A stretch of 63,266 nt of DNA, the filler included. It is 11 parts of 11 records of this genome, joined end to end, with 100 filler letters (N's around TTAATTAATTAA, not from the genome) between each part and the next. Parts side by side here need not be neighbours in the genome. Positions count along the whole stretch, not along the records: positions 1 to 5,303 come from SRR15195285_241; positions 5,404 to 8,536 come from SRR15195285_243; positions 8,637 to 13,812 come from SRR15195285_244; 8 more parts are not named here. One strand, given 5' to 3'. A model generated the notes under the pieces. It was given only the letters and a program-made list of their open reading frames with translations. It was not told the origin of the DNA and ran no database searches. Positions within the stretch are counted from its first letter, which is position 1. Each line of letters starts with the position of its first letter. Position numbers and translations under genes: made by a program. Below are positions 1-12,000 of the stretch, one piece after another.

Positions 1-117
1 GATAGAATCAGATAAGTCGATTTGGATTTTGGGGGCCGGGTGGGGCGAGTGGGCCAGTACCCCCCAAAATACATCCACTAGTACATGCCGTAAATCTCTG
101 CAACATGATACATTGGA

Positions 118-2918
118 TCAAATCCCAAACACGCGTGCACTGCACCCTGCCTCTCTTAACATTCTATGCAATTCCCGTGTGCACTTTGATCCAACGACGT
201 TCAGTCTGCTAAGGTGTGGCGACGACAATGCGAGGCCTACAATCGTTGAGTTTGTCACAGCTGAGTGTGATAAATCAACTACCCGTAGTGCAGAAAGATG
301 GCGTCCGTGACTATCCACCATTAGTGCTGCAGTCAAGCCGCTGTCGCTGAAAGCTTGGTCACCTGAACCACCAACCGTCGGCCAAGGAACATCAGTCCTG
401 CTGCCCATGCCTCCCAGACGTAAACCTTGTAATTTGCCCGCACATCTGGCAGTAACAAGCTGAGCTAAGTCCAGATCAGTGATAACCCGAGCGTCGACTG
501 ATATTGGCACTATATCTGCGCGCTTGTGCGGCCTGAGCGCATGTGCTCGAGCGCGCCCGCGAGCTTCTGCTGTCGCAACCTGAGCATGTTCCTCGTTGAA
601 GCAGTACCCTAAATTGAGATCCACAAGCTCAGGACAGGTGCGCAGCAACGCCACAAACGTCTCTCCGCCAAGACGTCGACAGCCTGACAGATTGACACGC
701 TCCAGCACGGGGATAGCAGATTGTCCTTCGCCACTGCTCCGAAGCTGGAGGAACGCGCTCGCTATCGCTCCTGCACCGATATCTGTTTCGCTGCAGTTGA
801 GATCCACAAGATGCGGACATGCTGTAAGAACGGCTTCAATGACGACATCCGCTGGGCGATGCACGCTGAGTAGGCTGTCTTCAACCGCCACTGCACTAGG
901 CCGCATGGCTGCAAACCCAGCAAGAGCGAGCGTTTTCATGTGTGAGCACTGTCCAAGCGCGTATGCGAGTGTTTCACACATCACCACCGTGTCATCAGCA
1001 GTTTTACAGAAAGATAGATCTAACTGAGTCAGACCCCGTGCCGTCATGATGCCGCCCCATTTATTCCCCAGTGCGCAGATGAACTGCACACTCACCGTAG
1101 CATATGCAGCACGAAAGTTGGTCATTCCGGGGCATCCATCTACAAGCGCAACCAATGCTTCCTGTACATGTCCGTCACACACAGACATAACAATGAATCG
1201 TCACACCAAGCAAATTTTTGATGCGATGCCATGTGGATTCTAAAACATGCGGTCCGATCTGTGGTGCGCACCGAGGACAGTGGCATGGCGTCTTCATGAC
1301 CAGAGGACATGTCGAGCGTGGTTAGGGCGGCCCCTGTAGCTGCTAGACAGCGCAGGGTCTGATCTCCAATCCGGCGACGTGACGCGAGCTCAAGCGTTGT
1401 GAGGGATTTCGTTGCGACACAGCAGGCGCCGTCGTCGGACACAGACCTGCAATCGTTAGCGTGAAGCGTGCGTAGTTTCACGCCCGCGCTTCGTATTGCC
1501 TGCAGGCCCCCATCGGACATGGCTATGCAGCCAGAGATGTCGAGGTAGGTCAGTGTCGAACATAAACAAGTCGCCCCGTCTGGACACTGTAAATGGGGTC
1601 GGCCAAGGTCGGGGTCGACCGCACCCGACTCCGGCATGGGCTGCATTTTAGCAAGCACAGCACGAGCTATTTCCCCATCGACCAGAGCTTTGATGGCATG
1701 TCCATCGATACTAATGCAGCCATCCAATGAAAGAGACTGCAGAACTGGACACCATGCGCCTATAGCTGCTAGTGTGGTGCAATTCGGCCCGGCATCCCCA
1801 CCGCCTCCAGCCAATGCGATTGTATGCAGCTGGACGCAAGAGAATAGAGCACCCGCAAGAGTCACACCAGAGGAATGACCAAGCAGTGCTCCAGTCGCGG
1901 GATCAGTCAGTAGGTCGCCACTATCGGCGTGCTCTGTCAGCTCTGACGCAACCTCGCCTGCAATGAATTCTAGTTGGCGAAGTTCTGAGGCAACGCCTGC
2001 CCCGAGTTCGTTCAGCATTTCTGCGAGACCATTCCACGACAGTGCAGCTTGACCGCTGATGCTCACCGACTGCAGCGGTGCGTGCGCGCGTCTCAGCCCA
2101 GCCGCCAGCGTGCGTGCGAGGGCATCTGCATGCCTTCGTGTTGCACGCCCTCCTCCCTCTCTCCACTCGAGAGATTTAACGCCAGTGCACCGCAGTGCAA
2201 GTGACGCAAACTCTCGTCGGGGCACAAAACTCTGTGCCAACATCTCCCCCACAGACAAGGACTGCAGCTCGGCAAGCTCAGCGTCAACCCAAGCAGCGAA
2301 TCTCTTTGCCACCAGACGCAGAGGCCACAACTCTAAGGCACTCAGCTGCCCGAGCACAGCCTGGCGCAGATCGTCACCGGTCAGCACTGCCATCAGACCG
2401 ACAGCCGCACGTGTGCTCGGACGCAGATCAACCACTGGTAGCTGCAGACCTCCTGGTGCTGCTGCGGCCGCTGCCCGCAGCGAAGCAAGCGCCGCGTGCA
2501 ACTGTCGTACGGCCTCGGGCCGCCCGAAGAGTGGTGGGAGCACCAGTACTGAACCAAATTCCGCGGGGACGAATCCAGCCGCTCGCAAAAAATCTACGCC
2601 TCCAGCATGCTGTGCCACCTCCCTCTCCATACGGGGATTCCCAAGTCGCAATCGTCTCCATCGCGCCTCGGCAGGCTCCTCGGCACACCGCCGAATGATC
2701 GCGTGCAACGTGTGCAGAGGCACTAAATCCTCACCAGTATGCGCTGCCAACACCCGCAGCGCTTCCCTCTGCTCTCGCCTCATGCTGCTTGCTGCCGGCG
2801 GTGGCGGGTGCGTCCGCATGTCGCTAAGTTGGCTAGCTGCGCGCGCGATACGGGCGTCCCAGCTCGCGGATTCCGTGCAGTCCTCGCCGCCGGCGCCGTC
2901 TGGCTCTGGCTCTGCCAT
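118..2918 (-). CDS. PUB domain + F-box-like + leucine-rich repeat (AMN1/FBXL-like) protein; 2 exons
   Basis: ORFs 1140..2918 and 118..1188 join in frame via intron 1271..1162 (GTGCGC...TACAG). PUB-like segment 'TLHAIIRRCAEEPAEARWRRLRLGNP...GGVDFLRAAGF', F-box-like 'LTGDDLRQAVLGQLSALELWPLRLVAKRFAAWV', and many Cys-containing LRRs (LxxLxLxGC). Confidence 0.8.
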
Positions 2919-3629
2919 CGCCCACGGTCAGCGGCTCCGGGTGGCGCACAACGAAGCGGCCTGGAGCGTCCGGCGGACGGACGAACGAACCAACTGCAAC
3001 TCGGTCCGTCCGCTGTCACGTGTGCGTTCGTTGCTACGACGTTCGACGGCCAGGGCCACGGTCAACGAACGCGAAGCCAAATCTTAGGATTTCAAGTCCC
3101 CGGCGGCCTCCGATCGATCCGCGGCCGACGCGCCACCGTACCGCGTACGGCGTACGCCACCGGCCATCACGCATCAGCATCACAACTTGATTGTCGGGTC
3201 TCGGTCTGGCATAATGCACACGGACGGACAGGGATACATGTACACTCACTCAAGACGACGTCAACAGCGCCGGCAGAAGGCAAAGGAGGTGACACCGCGG
3301 CTCGGGCACTGACGCCGGTCTCTGGGGGCTCACAGGACCGATGGTGACCGGGTGCATGTGCTGCGTCCTGGACGGGCCCAGGGTGGCCCTTGCTGTAGTT
3401 CCAGCTCCGATAGGGGTGGCCGTGGGCCCCGAAATCTTACACAATACATTCATTAACCATGGCGCATTGAGAAGGTACATGATTGTACACCATGCTTGAA
3501 GTACAGCCATGATTGCACGTGTGCTTTTGGAGCAGCGGCACCACCACTGCCCGTTCTCGCGCGATTACGTCCGTCACCTGGGACGGTGGCTAGCAATTTT
3601 TAAAGCTGTTAGCCACGTAAGGTTAATGC

Positions 3630-5180
3630 CTACGGAACCCTACCGCTGCTGCTCCTCGTCGAGCGCGGGGAGGGGCGAAATGAGCCATGCCGATCGCCTT
3701 CGTAGCCTCGGGCGCGGTTGATACTCGTTGCCTCTTCTGGTGTCGAATCAATCGAGATTGCACCTTCCAACAACGCGGCGAACCATTGTGCCGTCGGATG
3801 GCGCATGTTAATCAATATTATCTTTGCAGCGGACATGATTGGCACAGAGAGCAATGCCCCCGTGATGCCCCAGAGCATGTTCCAGAATACGAGGGCGAAC
3901 AGGACCACGACTGGATGCAAATTAAGCCGCGCGCCAAACAGTGCTGGTTCCACAAAATTTGACACGGCGAAAGACATCAGGTACGGTCCTGCGATTGCTG
4001 TGATCTTGGATATCCCATCGACTGGCGCCAGCCAGATGATTGGCAATGGGACGCCAAGAGTGGCAACCGTCAGCCCAACAGTCGGTATGAAATTGAGCAA
4101 GAACGTCAGAACGCCAAACACTGCCGCAAGGTCGATACCGCAGGCATTCAGCATAATCGCGTGGGCAACACCACAGAGTGTAGATATAGCCACTTTGAGC
4201 GTCACATAAAGCTGTAGTTGACGCTCGATTGTGTAAAGGACGACCTGCTTCTCTCGCTTGGAAGATGTTTTGGAGCCGAGAAGAATGAAAATCACATACA
4301 GCATAACCAACGTCGCAAAGGTGATCACTTCTGTCGAAACCTGCACCACAGACAAAGCGAGGGAGGAAATACGGCTAGCCTCAGACATAGCAGCGATAAC
4401 CTGCTGCCGCTGGTCTTCTGTAGGTGATATTTGCAGCTCGTCGAGCTTGGCTAGAAAGGTCCGGCTCTCATTTCGGAATGCCGACTCGTATAGAGGCAGC
4501 TGCTCCGTAAACTGCATGACGGACTGTTGCACGATCACACCCACCGCGAAGAAGAACGATAGCATCAGTCCTACCACCAGTATCAGCGCGACTGGATTGG
4601 GAAGCCGGATCGTTAGAAAGGACGTGGCCACTGTGCAGCAGCAGTTGTTCGGGTGCCGCTCCTCCAGGCTCAAGCATGCGCGGCAAGTTCGTTGACACCA
4701 CACGCGGCGGCAGCACCGCAATGGACGCTCAGTCAGGAGATCTAGCATCGGCAGTAGCAGCGTCGAGATGAAAAGCGCCGTGACCAGGGGTACCATGACT
4801 GACTGGAGCATAAACAATCCAACGATGGTGGCGTATGCCGTGAGCAGCACGAGGCATGTCTCTGTTGGCCCTCCAGCCCGCTGTCTCCACGCGCTCGCCC
4901 AGGCTGGACGCAGAGGCGACAACCCCGGGCGGTCATCATCTTGCCGGTCGTCAATACTGCTGTCGAAAGTATCGTCCCCATCGATTGTGTGTGCATCGCT
5001 CGATTTCTGGATGCCTCCGCCTGCTGTACTCGGGCTGCCGGTGAGCGGTTTTAGTTCTGCTGCGCGAGGGTCGAAGTCCTGGTCATGAACATGAGCTGTG
5101 TCGCGTGCACGCATGATGGACGGCGTGAAGTGCAGCGTATATGCCGGCGAGGAGCGTCCAGCAGAGGGTGGCTGCTGCAT
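3630..5180 (-). CDS. AI-2E family (PerM/TqsA-like) transporter
   Basis: 516-aa ORF with multiple hydrophobic helices and family motifs 'VMVPLVTALFI', 'YVTLKVAIS', 'FLLNFIPTVG', 'NFVEPALFG..LNLHPVVVLFALVFWNMLWGITGALLSVP'. Confidence 0.85.
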   Translation of the reverse strand: MQQPPSAGRSSPAYTLHFTPSIMRARDTAHVHDQDFDPRAAELKPLTGSPSTAGGGIQKSSDAHTIDGDDTFDSSIDDRQDDDRPGLSPLRPAWASAWRQRAGGPTETCLVLLTAYATIVGLFMLQSVMVPLVTALFISTLLLPMLDLLTERPLRCCRRVWCQRTCRACLSLEERHPNNCCCTVATSFLTIRLPNPVALILVVGLMLSFFFAVGVIVQQSVMQFTEQLPLYESAFRNESRTFLAKLDELQISPTEDQRQQVIAAMSEASRISSLALSVVQVSTEVITFATLVMLYVIFILLGSKTSSKREKQVVLYTIERQLQLYVTLKVAISTLCGVAHAIMLNACGIDLAAVFGVLTFLLNFIPTVGLTVATLGVPLPIIWLAPVDGISKITAIAGPYLMSFAVSNFVEPALFGARLNLHPVVVLFALVFWNMLWGITGALLSVPIMSAAKIILINMRHPTAQWFAALLEGAISIDSTPEEATSINRARGYEGDRHGSFRPSPRSTRSSSGRVP

Positions 5181-5303
5181 TACTTAGCACGGTACTGTAC
5201 CTCCCCATCCATCGCTGCCCGAGTCCCGCATGAATGCATTGTTTCCCGGCCAGGCAGGACATCGTGATTTTGAGGTCGGGCAGAATGCACACACACTGCC
5301 TCA

Positions 5304-5403
5304 NNNNNNNNNNNNNNNNNNNNNNNNNNNNNNNNNNNNNNNNNNNNTTAATTAATTAANNNNNNNNNNNNNNNNNNNNNNNNNNNNNNNNNNNNNNNNN
5401 NNN
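5304..5403. other. Artificial contig spacer (first of ten)
   Basis: N44-TTAATTAATTAA-N44, which carries stops in all six frames. Identical spacers occur at 8537-8636, 13813-13912, 18571-18670, 24741-24840, 33765-33864, 37485-37584, 41222-41321, 45383-45482 and 58186-58285. Confidence 0.98.
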
Positions 5404-5637
5404 GCACCGTAGGTCGAGTACCATAGCTGCGCGTGCTCGCGATCGTGTCTGTCATTTCTCATGCATGTAGACCGGTTACGCTGTGCACTTAATCCTACAC
5501 GGTACAAGAGTGCGGTGTACAGTGTACCGGTACATATGTAATCTACCGATGTGCCCAGGTATAATAGGCGGATGCGATCAAGGATCATGCATTCGCGAAC
5601 GTGTAGGGAAATTGCACGCGCGCAGCCCACGTGCGTG

Positions 5638-6909
5638 ATGAAGCCGCTGGTGCTGGGAGGAGCAGTGCTGCTGGGTGCACTCATCGCCCCGCTGTTCGCC
5701 CCGCAGCTATTTCTCCGGCTGCGGGGGGTCGATCGTCTCCTCTCCGCCGAGCCAGTGGTGGAGCAGATCGACGAGTTTCTCTCCGCAGAGCAGTGCCAGC
5801 GCCTGCGAGCCATCGTGGAGCAGCGTGGTGGCCCCTGGATTCCGTACGACGAGAATCTAGGGGCGGCAGAGAGCAAGTATTTGCTCCCACTGGAGGTGGA
5901 TGCGGAGCCACTGCTGCGAGAAATTGATCAGCGCGCATCCAAGTGGCTGGGTTTGGATGAGCCAGACCGCACTGGCTTGTGGATCAAGCGTCACTCAGCT
6001 ACAGCGTGGGTCGACACGGCTGAGACGTTGCTTCATCCCCCCGCTGGTACCGAGTACATTCCCGCCAACGTGCACGTAGACAACCACCGAATGCCGCATC
6101 GATTGGGAACTGTCATTGTCTACTGCGAACCAGTGACGGACAGCTCCGGTGGAGAGACTGTCTTCCCTTGCTTACTAGATATGCCACGCAGCTCTGTTGA
6201 AAAGTACAGGACACAAAAACTGCGCGATAGTCGCGTGGCGCAGTGCGTTGCAGCGGGAAGTGCGCCACCCACGGGCAGAGTAACCGCATATGGCCCAAAG
6301 CACGATCCGTTTGGGATCTGGCAGCTGGCCGTGGATGTCTGTCGTGGCAAGGTGCCAGCATTGATGACGCGACCCAAACTTGGCACTGCAGTGATGCACC
6401 GAACAGGTGTACCCGCGAACCCCGACCCGGTGCGATCAAACGCTTTCGTAAGCTTTAGATGCTTTGAAGTCTGATAGACGTGCACGTGGCAGGACGTGCT
6501 GGTGCAGGGTGTTGGGCTTGACTTCCGCCTGTTCCACACAGGGTGCCCTGTGGCAACGCATGCTGCTAAGTTCACGATCCAGAAGTTCGGAGAGCGCCCA
6601 CCGTCAGTGCGCGTGGCTGAAACGTGGGATGAAGATGTGCCAGAAAGCACGCGACAACTGTTTCATCGGGCAGATCTCGACCAAAGTGGACATCTTGATG
6701 CGTCTGAGCTGGATGATTTGCATCCGCGAATTGTTGTATCAAAACATCCCGAGGAGGGCGAAGATCCAACCACAATGGAGGATATGGATGTCGGACAAGC
6801 GCTCCTTTTGGAGACAGACCTCGACCGCAATGGCAATGTGGACGTGCGAGAGTTCTCAGCAAATGGCCACCACTGGAAAGGAGCCGCACGACAGCGCGAT
6901 CAGCAGTAA
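5638..6909 (+). CDS. Prolyl 4-hydroxylase-like 2OG-Fe(II) dioxygenase with N-terminal membrane anchor and C-terminal EF-hand pair; 2 exons
   Basis: Hydrophobic N-terminus; 'IDEFLSAEQC', HxD ('HVD'), 'TVIVY', 'GGETVFP', 'PKLGTAV', distal His 'LFHTGCPV'. Intron starts at 6430 (GTGCGA); the acceptor is 6492 or 6507, both in frame. EF loops 'DLDQSGHLDASE' and 'DLDRNGNVDVRE'. Confidence 0.8.
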
Positions 6910-6956
6910 GATGCACAACTAGCGACGCATCGTGGGCAGCGACGCAACAGATGTAT

Positions 6957-8310
6957 TCAAAGCGCACTGCCACCTTCGCTGGCAATCGCAGCCAGCATGC
7001 GGCGCGCTCGCACTCGCGCTCCGAGTAGACCAACGTCTGCAGTGTCATCAATGAGCATGATTGGAATCGTCCTCAGAATGTCTGCGTTGGTGGCTTCCGC
7101 AGCAAACTCTGCCGCGATGTACTGCGGGGCACGTAGATCGAACACCCGTGGTACAATCAGTGCCAGTATAGTTATGTGATGATGCCAAACGGGCCGATGC
7201 ATGCAACGAGGCAATGAATGTGACCTTCCTGATAATTGTAGCTGGACCACGGGAAGTGGCAGCCACCATATAAGCAGGGGAGCATGCGCGCACCTCGCCC
7301 AGCTTCGGCATCAGCTTTGTACAGACGCCGCCCGCCAAGTACAGGCCACCAGTCGGTAGAAACCGCAGGCTCGCCGCACGCAGCTCTCGAACAAAGGAGC
7401 CCAACCACAGATGCAGAGCCGCAACACAACGTTCTGCAACCCAGCTGCCTTCTCCCGCTGGCACTGTTCCGAGGGCGCGGCTTGCCACGGCAGCAGGAAG
7501 TTCTTCATCCCCAAGGTCATCCAGTGCAGTTGGCTGGATGTTGTCGCGAGGCCCCCAGTGTGGCGGCTGTCGAGCAGACAGAAACCGAAAGCAATTGCCG
7601 AGACCAGGACCCGAGACCATGTTTTCGACAATGACCAGGTCGCCGTCGCCACCTCCAGCAGGACCGCCACGACCGTCCTCTGATTCAAGGAATTGTTTGA
7701 ACGCCCACTCTTCGGCGTTGCGCGCCGCGAACTCCGGCGCGCCGCCCTCGCCGGGATGAGCATCATAGCCTGCCACTGTTTCGTTGTAGGTCAAAAAGCA
7801 GGATCCCAGGCCAGTGCCTGGACCCAAGCAGAGCGCCGTGCTTCGCGGAACCGTGACCACATTGGGCGTCAGCAACTGTACTTGCGGCGGTTCAAGCGCA
7901 TGGATTCCCAGTCCAACAGCCACAAAGTCGTTAATGAGCGTGCACTTTCGGATCACCTTACCCAGTGCCATCTCTACGGCAGGCACCACGTCGACTGACC
8001 AGCTTACTCCACCTGGACCGCAGGTTCGACGCTCATGCTCCACAGGCATGCAGATGGCCACACTACATGCATCAACTACCGGGCCCGCATACTCAGCAAT
8101 CGAACTGGCCGAGCAAGCCTCACCGTCGGGCACTGGCAGCCCAGCTTGGGACAGAAATGCTCGCAGCAGCGGCTCCAGCCCACCGAAGTCTGCAGTGGCA
8201 TATCGCCTGTCTGAGCGCAAAGTTTCCGCCCCTCCTGCGTCAACGTCCCAGAGCTGGAGCCGAGCGTTTGTTCCGCCAATGTCTGCACAGCAGAGCAGGT
8301 GTGCAGCCAT
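6957..8310 (-). CDS. glk: Glucokinase (bacterial Glk-type); 2 exons
   Basis: 'ADIGGTNARL', 'LINDFVAVG', 'LGPGTGLG', 'ENMVSGPGL', 'GGLYLAGG'. Intron 7293..7122 (GTGCGC...CGCAG) restores the C-terminal 'IPIMLI...VGLLGA'. Confidence 0.85.
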
Positions 8311-8689
8311 TGGCAGGGAGTGGGCAAAGCAGCTGCCGGTATAGCAAGTGCTAAAGCATAGCAGCGCGAGAGTACGTCGGTCGCACGCGCGAGCGAGTTC
8401 GGCCCGGGGGGGTGCAGCGCAATAGCACGCGTAGCAGGTCGGAAAAGCGCTCACAGACCGCGCGCCGCCCACGCACGCCGGCAGTCAGCAGGCAGCTCTA
8501 GCTCGTCGCCGCACGCATTCCTCAAGTCCGTGCGTTNNNNNNNNNNNNNNNNNNNNNNNNNNNNNNNNNNNNNNNNNNNNTTAATTAATTAANNNNNNNN
8601 NNNNNNNNNNNNNNNNNNNNNNNNNNNNNNNNNNNNGTCCTGTTTGGCGGTGTCGGGCCTTGCCACCGTAGTGGAAGGCGATCAATGCT

Positions 8690-8884
8690 TACGTGACTCT
8701 GTATGAGAATACATGTATGTGACATCACGAGGAATGTCATGTAAGTATTTTTAAAAATTGAAATGTGACAGTAGGAATGTCATGGAAGTATTGATGTGAC
8801 AATGGGAATGTCATGGAAGTATGGAGTGACTCTAGGAGAATGATGGTAAATGTCACGCTAGTTGTTTTAAAACAGAGTCACGTA
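8690..8884. mobile_element. Putative MITE (~195 bp) with terminal inverted repeats and internal tandem units
   Basis: Perfect 13-bp inverted repeat TACGTGACTCTGT (8690-8702) / ACAGAGTCACGTA (8872-8884), readable as TA plus an 11-bp TIR. The AT-rich interior holds three copies of ATGTGAC-N4-7-GGAATGTCATG(G/T)AAGTAT. Confidence 0.55.
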
Positions 8885-9006
8885 GCGTTGCCGGAATTTG
8901 ACGTTGTTCACCACACGTTGTGGTACCCTACTCTAGGATGGTGATAAGGCCATGGATGCCAGCGTGACGATGAAAGTCTACTTCAGCATGGATGAATACT
9001 GTGATT

Positions 9007-12000
9007 TCAGTCGGTCGACAGAAGCAGTCCCCCTCCTAGACGGACGGGAGAGTGCTCAAGCCCAATATCATCAAGTTGTGGGCTCGATGAGCCACTTCTA
9101 GCAGAACTCGGTCTCCTCGCCAGCCGTGAGCTTAGCTTGGACAATGCAGATTGTTTTGAACCGGTGGAATGCGCGTGTTCCAGCTCAGCGAAGGTGGTAT
9201 CGTAGACACCGACGCGCTTGATGCAGGCTGAGACTGCGTCATGGATGCGGCGTGTGCAATCATTCAAGTCACTCGCGCCTGGCAATGATGACTGCCCATG
9301 ACCGTGTGCCGGGATGTGTGATGCGGTAGCAGTTTGCAGCTTAATGCCTTGAAACTTCAGCAGGGCTGTCACAACACCTTGCACTGCCGGTGCAGGTTGC
9401 CCAGTTGCCTGTTGCAGCAGCTCTTGTAGGCCGTCAGTCGAGCTGTCACCTGTGTGTTCGTGCAAATGTGTAACGACCTGTTGCATGGTTTTCGCCGATG
9501 GTGTAGTCGCCAGCGCTCCGACGCCACCAAAACTCTGCGACTCTGTGAAGAAATCTTCTTCGCCGATCAGGATCGGTAGGACCGCCTTGATGCGCCCTCG
9601 TTGATGCAGCTCAAGCGCTGCAGTCCACTCGAGCAATACATTGTCTATCCAGTCGTCTGAATCCGTGAGCCGCACCATCGGTGCAACAGATCCCACGGAC
9701 ACCAATGGAACAAACACCATGGACTTCGATAGCCCCAGCATAAAGCCAGAATCCCAGCGCTGGCCGTCCTCCAACTTCGTTTGATCCAGGTAAACACGTA
9801 CCTTCTGCCCTGTGTCAACAAGGGTCATGTTAGATAGCTCGTCAAACAGCCGTCGTGCAAGCTCGCGGTCACTTGCTACGCGATAGCTGATAAACACGTG
9901 CGTCGACTTGTTCACTAGATTATCAAGAGTGTGAAAGTAGGCCGATAAAATCTTGAGATCATCGGCACTGGTGAGGCCGAGCTGCAATAGATGAATTGCA
10001 CGCTGTCTGGCTGCCGTGGAGCCCCCGTGCCCGTCCTCGGCGGCTACATCCTGCGTGGATGCCAGATGCTGTGACAGCAGAGCATTGGCCAGCATGGCAT
10101 GCTTTTTCCAAACACTCCAGATGAATACAGTGGGGACGCAAATCACGAAGCTCAGGACCAACACGAAGTCGTAAATGCTGGCCGTCGATGCTGTCGCTGC
10201 CGAAGATGATGACTGATACTCCAGACACTTCAGGGCCAAGGCAATTGTGACAGTCAAAACCAGATGCGCTTCAACGGAAGCCTTCAGCAAGTTGTCCTCG
10301 AAATGTTTGTATGGCGTCAGATGAATCTGAAGGGAGAAGCAGACGAACGAAATACACACTGCAACGAATAGCTGGCCAACGCTGCCTCGCCCAACTACAA
10401 CCAACATTCCTACCATCGCCAGCTTGCGCACCTGCAAGTTCCACACATCAGCAATGTTGTGAGCACCTCTTACGAACCTAGCTCTCCAGTATACACGGTG
10501 TCGCTGGTACCTTCTGATTGCATATCTAGGATGGAGAGAGCTTGTGTAGAGTGCTGAACTTTGCTGCAAGGCTTACCATATCCACACCTTCCCAGTAAAA
10601 GAATCGTGGGTTGAACGCATTGACGAGGAAGCTATACTCGCGACCGGTTGACACGTCGCGAATTGCATCAGACGCCACGGAGTCCGAGATCTTCAGCTCA
10701 TCCGCAACTCGGCGAGCAACGAAGCGATCACTTTCGCTGTTGTCCTCGTACTCTGCTATTCTCGACAACATCAGGACAACCGTTGTTACGGGCACACCCA
10801 GGCTGAAGAACACCACCACTATGCCAGCTACCAGCTGAAATACACCGTGAACTGCACTGTCACAAGAAATGTCATAATCCGCGACTAAAACATGAAGGTG
10901 GGAGTCAAGCACTCTACAATTGAACATGGAGAAGGCACGATTGCAGATCCCAGGATATATCAGGAACACAACCACGAACAAATCGCTTTTCAAGTTCGCC
11001 TTTGAATCTGACTGCTCCTGATCATCCCGGCGAGACTGGTACAGATATCGAAGTAGAACAACCGCAACCATCGCGACAGGAATCAGGAACACTCTGATGA
11101 CCCATATCCTGTAAAAACTTGCGTCCAGAATGCAGTCTAGCTGCAAAATTGACTGCAGATCAACTGCTAGTGGACTTAGCATCGAAAACACCTGCAGAAT
11201 GCCTGGCGGGAAGTCAAAGTGGAGCACTGGACCTATTTGCGTCACGACTTGCCCATATCCGACGAGGATGCGAATCGGTTGATAAAGAGCTCGAAACCAC
11301 AGTCCTATGCGGTATCTCCATGTCGGCGCAGCCCTCAGACCAGGAGTAAGCTCGGATGTTAGATCTCCCGACAGTGGGTTGTCGATTGATTGTCCTGCTC
11401 GGGCCGCCATAGCTTTGTTTTCGTTTCGGCGCTCGCGCCATATATACAAGCCAGGGCAAAGTACCAGTACCACGACAGCAGCCACCATAACGACAATAAA
11501 GTGTGAGCGACCCGCATCTGAGCACAACTGACATTCATCACCAACCTTACCAAAGCCACGCTCGCAAACTGCGCATAAAATACCACGGTGTCCTGGTTGG
11601 CACAAGTGACCATCGGCATGGACGCACGCTGGCTGTATCGGACACCGGAAAATGTGAGATGGGCTGCTGTCAGGGTCAGTAAACGCCCAGCCGTTACGAA
11701 CGCGGACCTCATCTGTGCAGCTGGCAACGCAGTCTAGTCCATCGCACGGGACGCACACTGAATCTGCAGCAATGGTGCCATGCGTCAGGTCTTGCTCCAC
11801 ACACTGCAGCCTGTTTCCACCGAACTCAGTAGCATTATACGTTCCTACCGGACACACGCATTGTGTTCGTGCCTCGTTCGCAACTTGGCCAGCAGGACAC
11901 GATTTACAGTTGGTACCGCTTGGGCTGGTTGCGAATTCGCTACACCTAGAGCATAGATAGGCGCCTGTGACAGAGTTTGGTGACTCTCCAGGCGGACAAG

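Noticed and set aside
1140-1271. Apparent frameshifts or pseudogenes where adjacent ORFs overlap (also near 10526, 26619 and 38200-41160)
   Set aside because: Canonical GT-AG introns restore the reading frame and conserved motifs at the junctions I checked.
2059-3087. Long antisense or alternative-frame ORFs (also 13917-14651, 31371-32144, 34891-35643, 58961-60145)
   Set aside because: Shadows of GC-rich coding sequence on the opposite strand, with no recognisable motifs.
3248-3262. CTCAAGACGACG resembling a frameshifted LKTDD motif
   Set aside because: Intergenic, not attached to any credible secreted ORF, and the second Asp is absent; probably chance.
5348-5359. Regularly recurring TTAATTAATTAA within N runs, resembling a repeat array
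   Set aside because: Identical 100-bp artificial scaffolding spacers, not biological.
6957-6968. Glucokinase C-terminal -SAL as a PTS1 signal
   Set aside because: It lacks the basic residue of canonical SKL-type signals, so it is too weak to claim.
8717-8840. Possible CRISPR-like array
   Set aside because: Only about three degenerate units, no unique spacers of CRISPR length, no cas genes, and a eukaryotic context.
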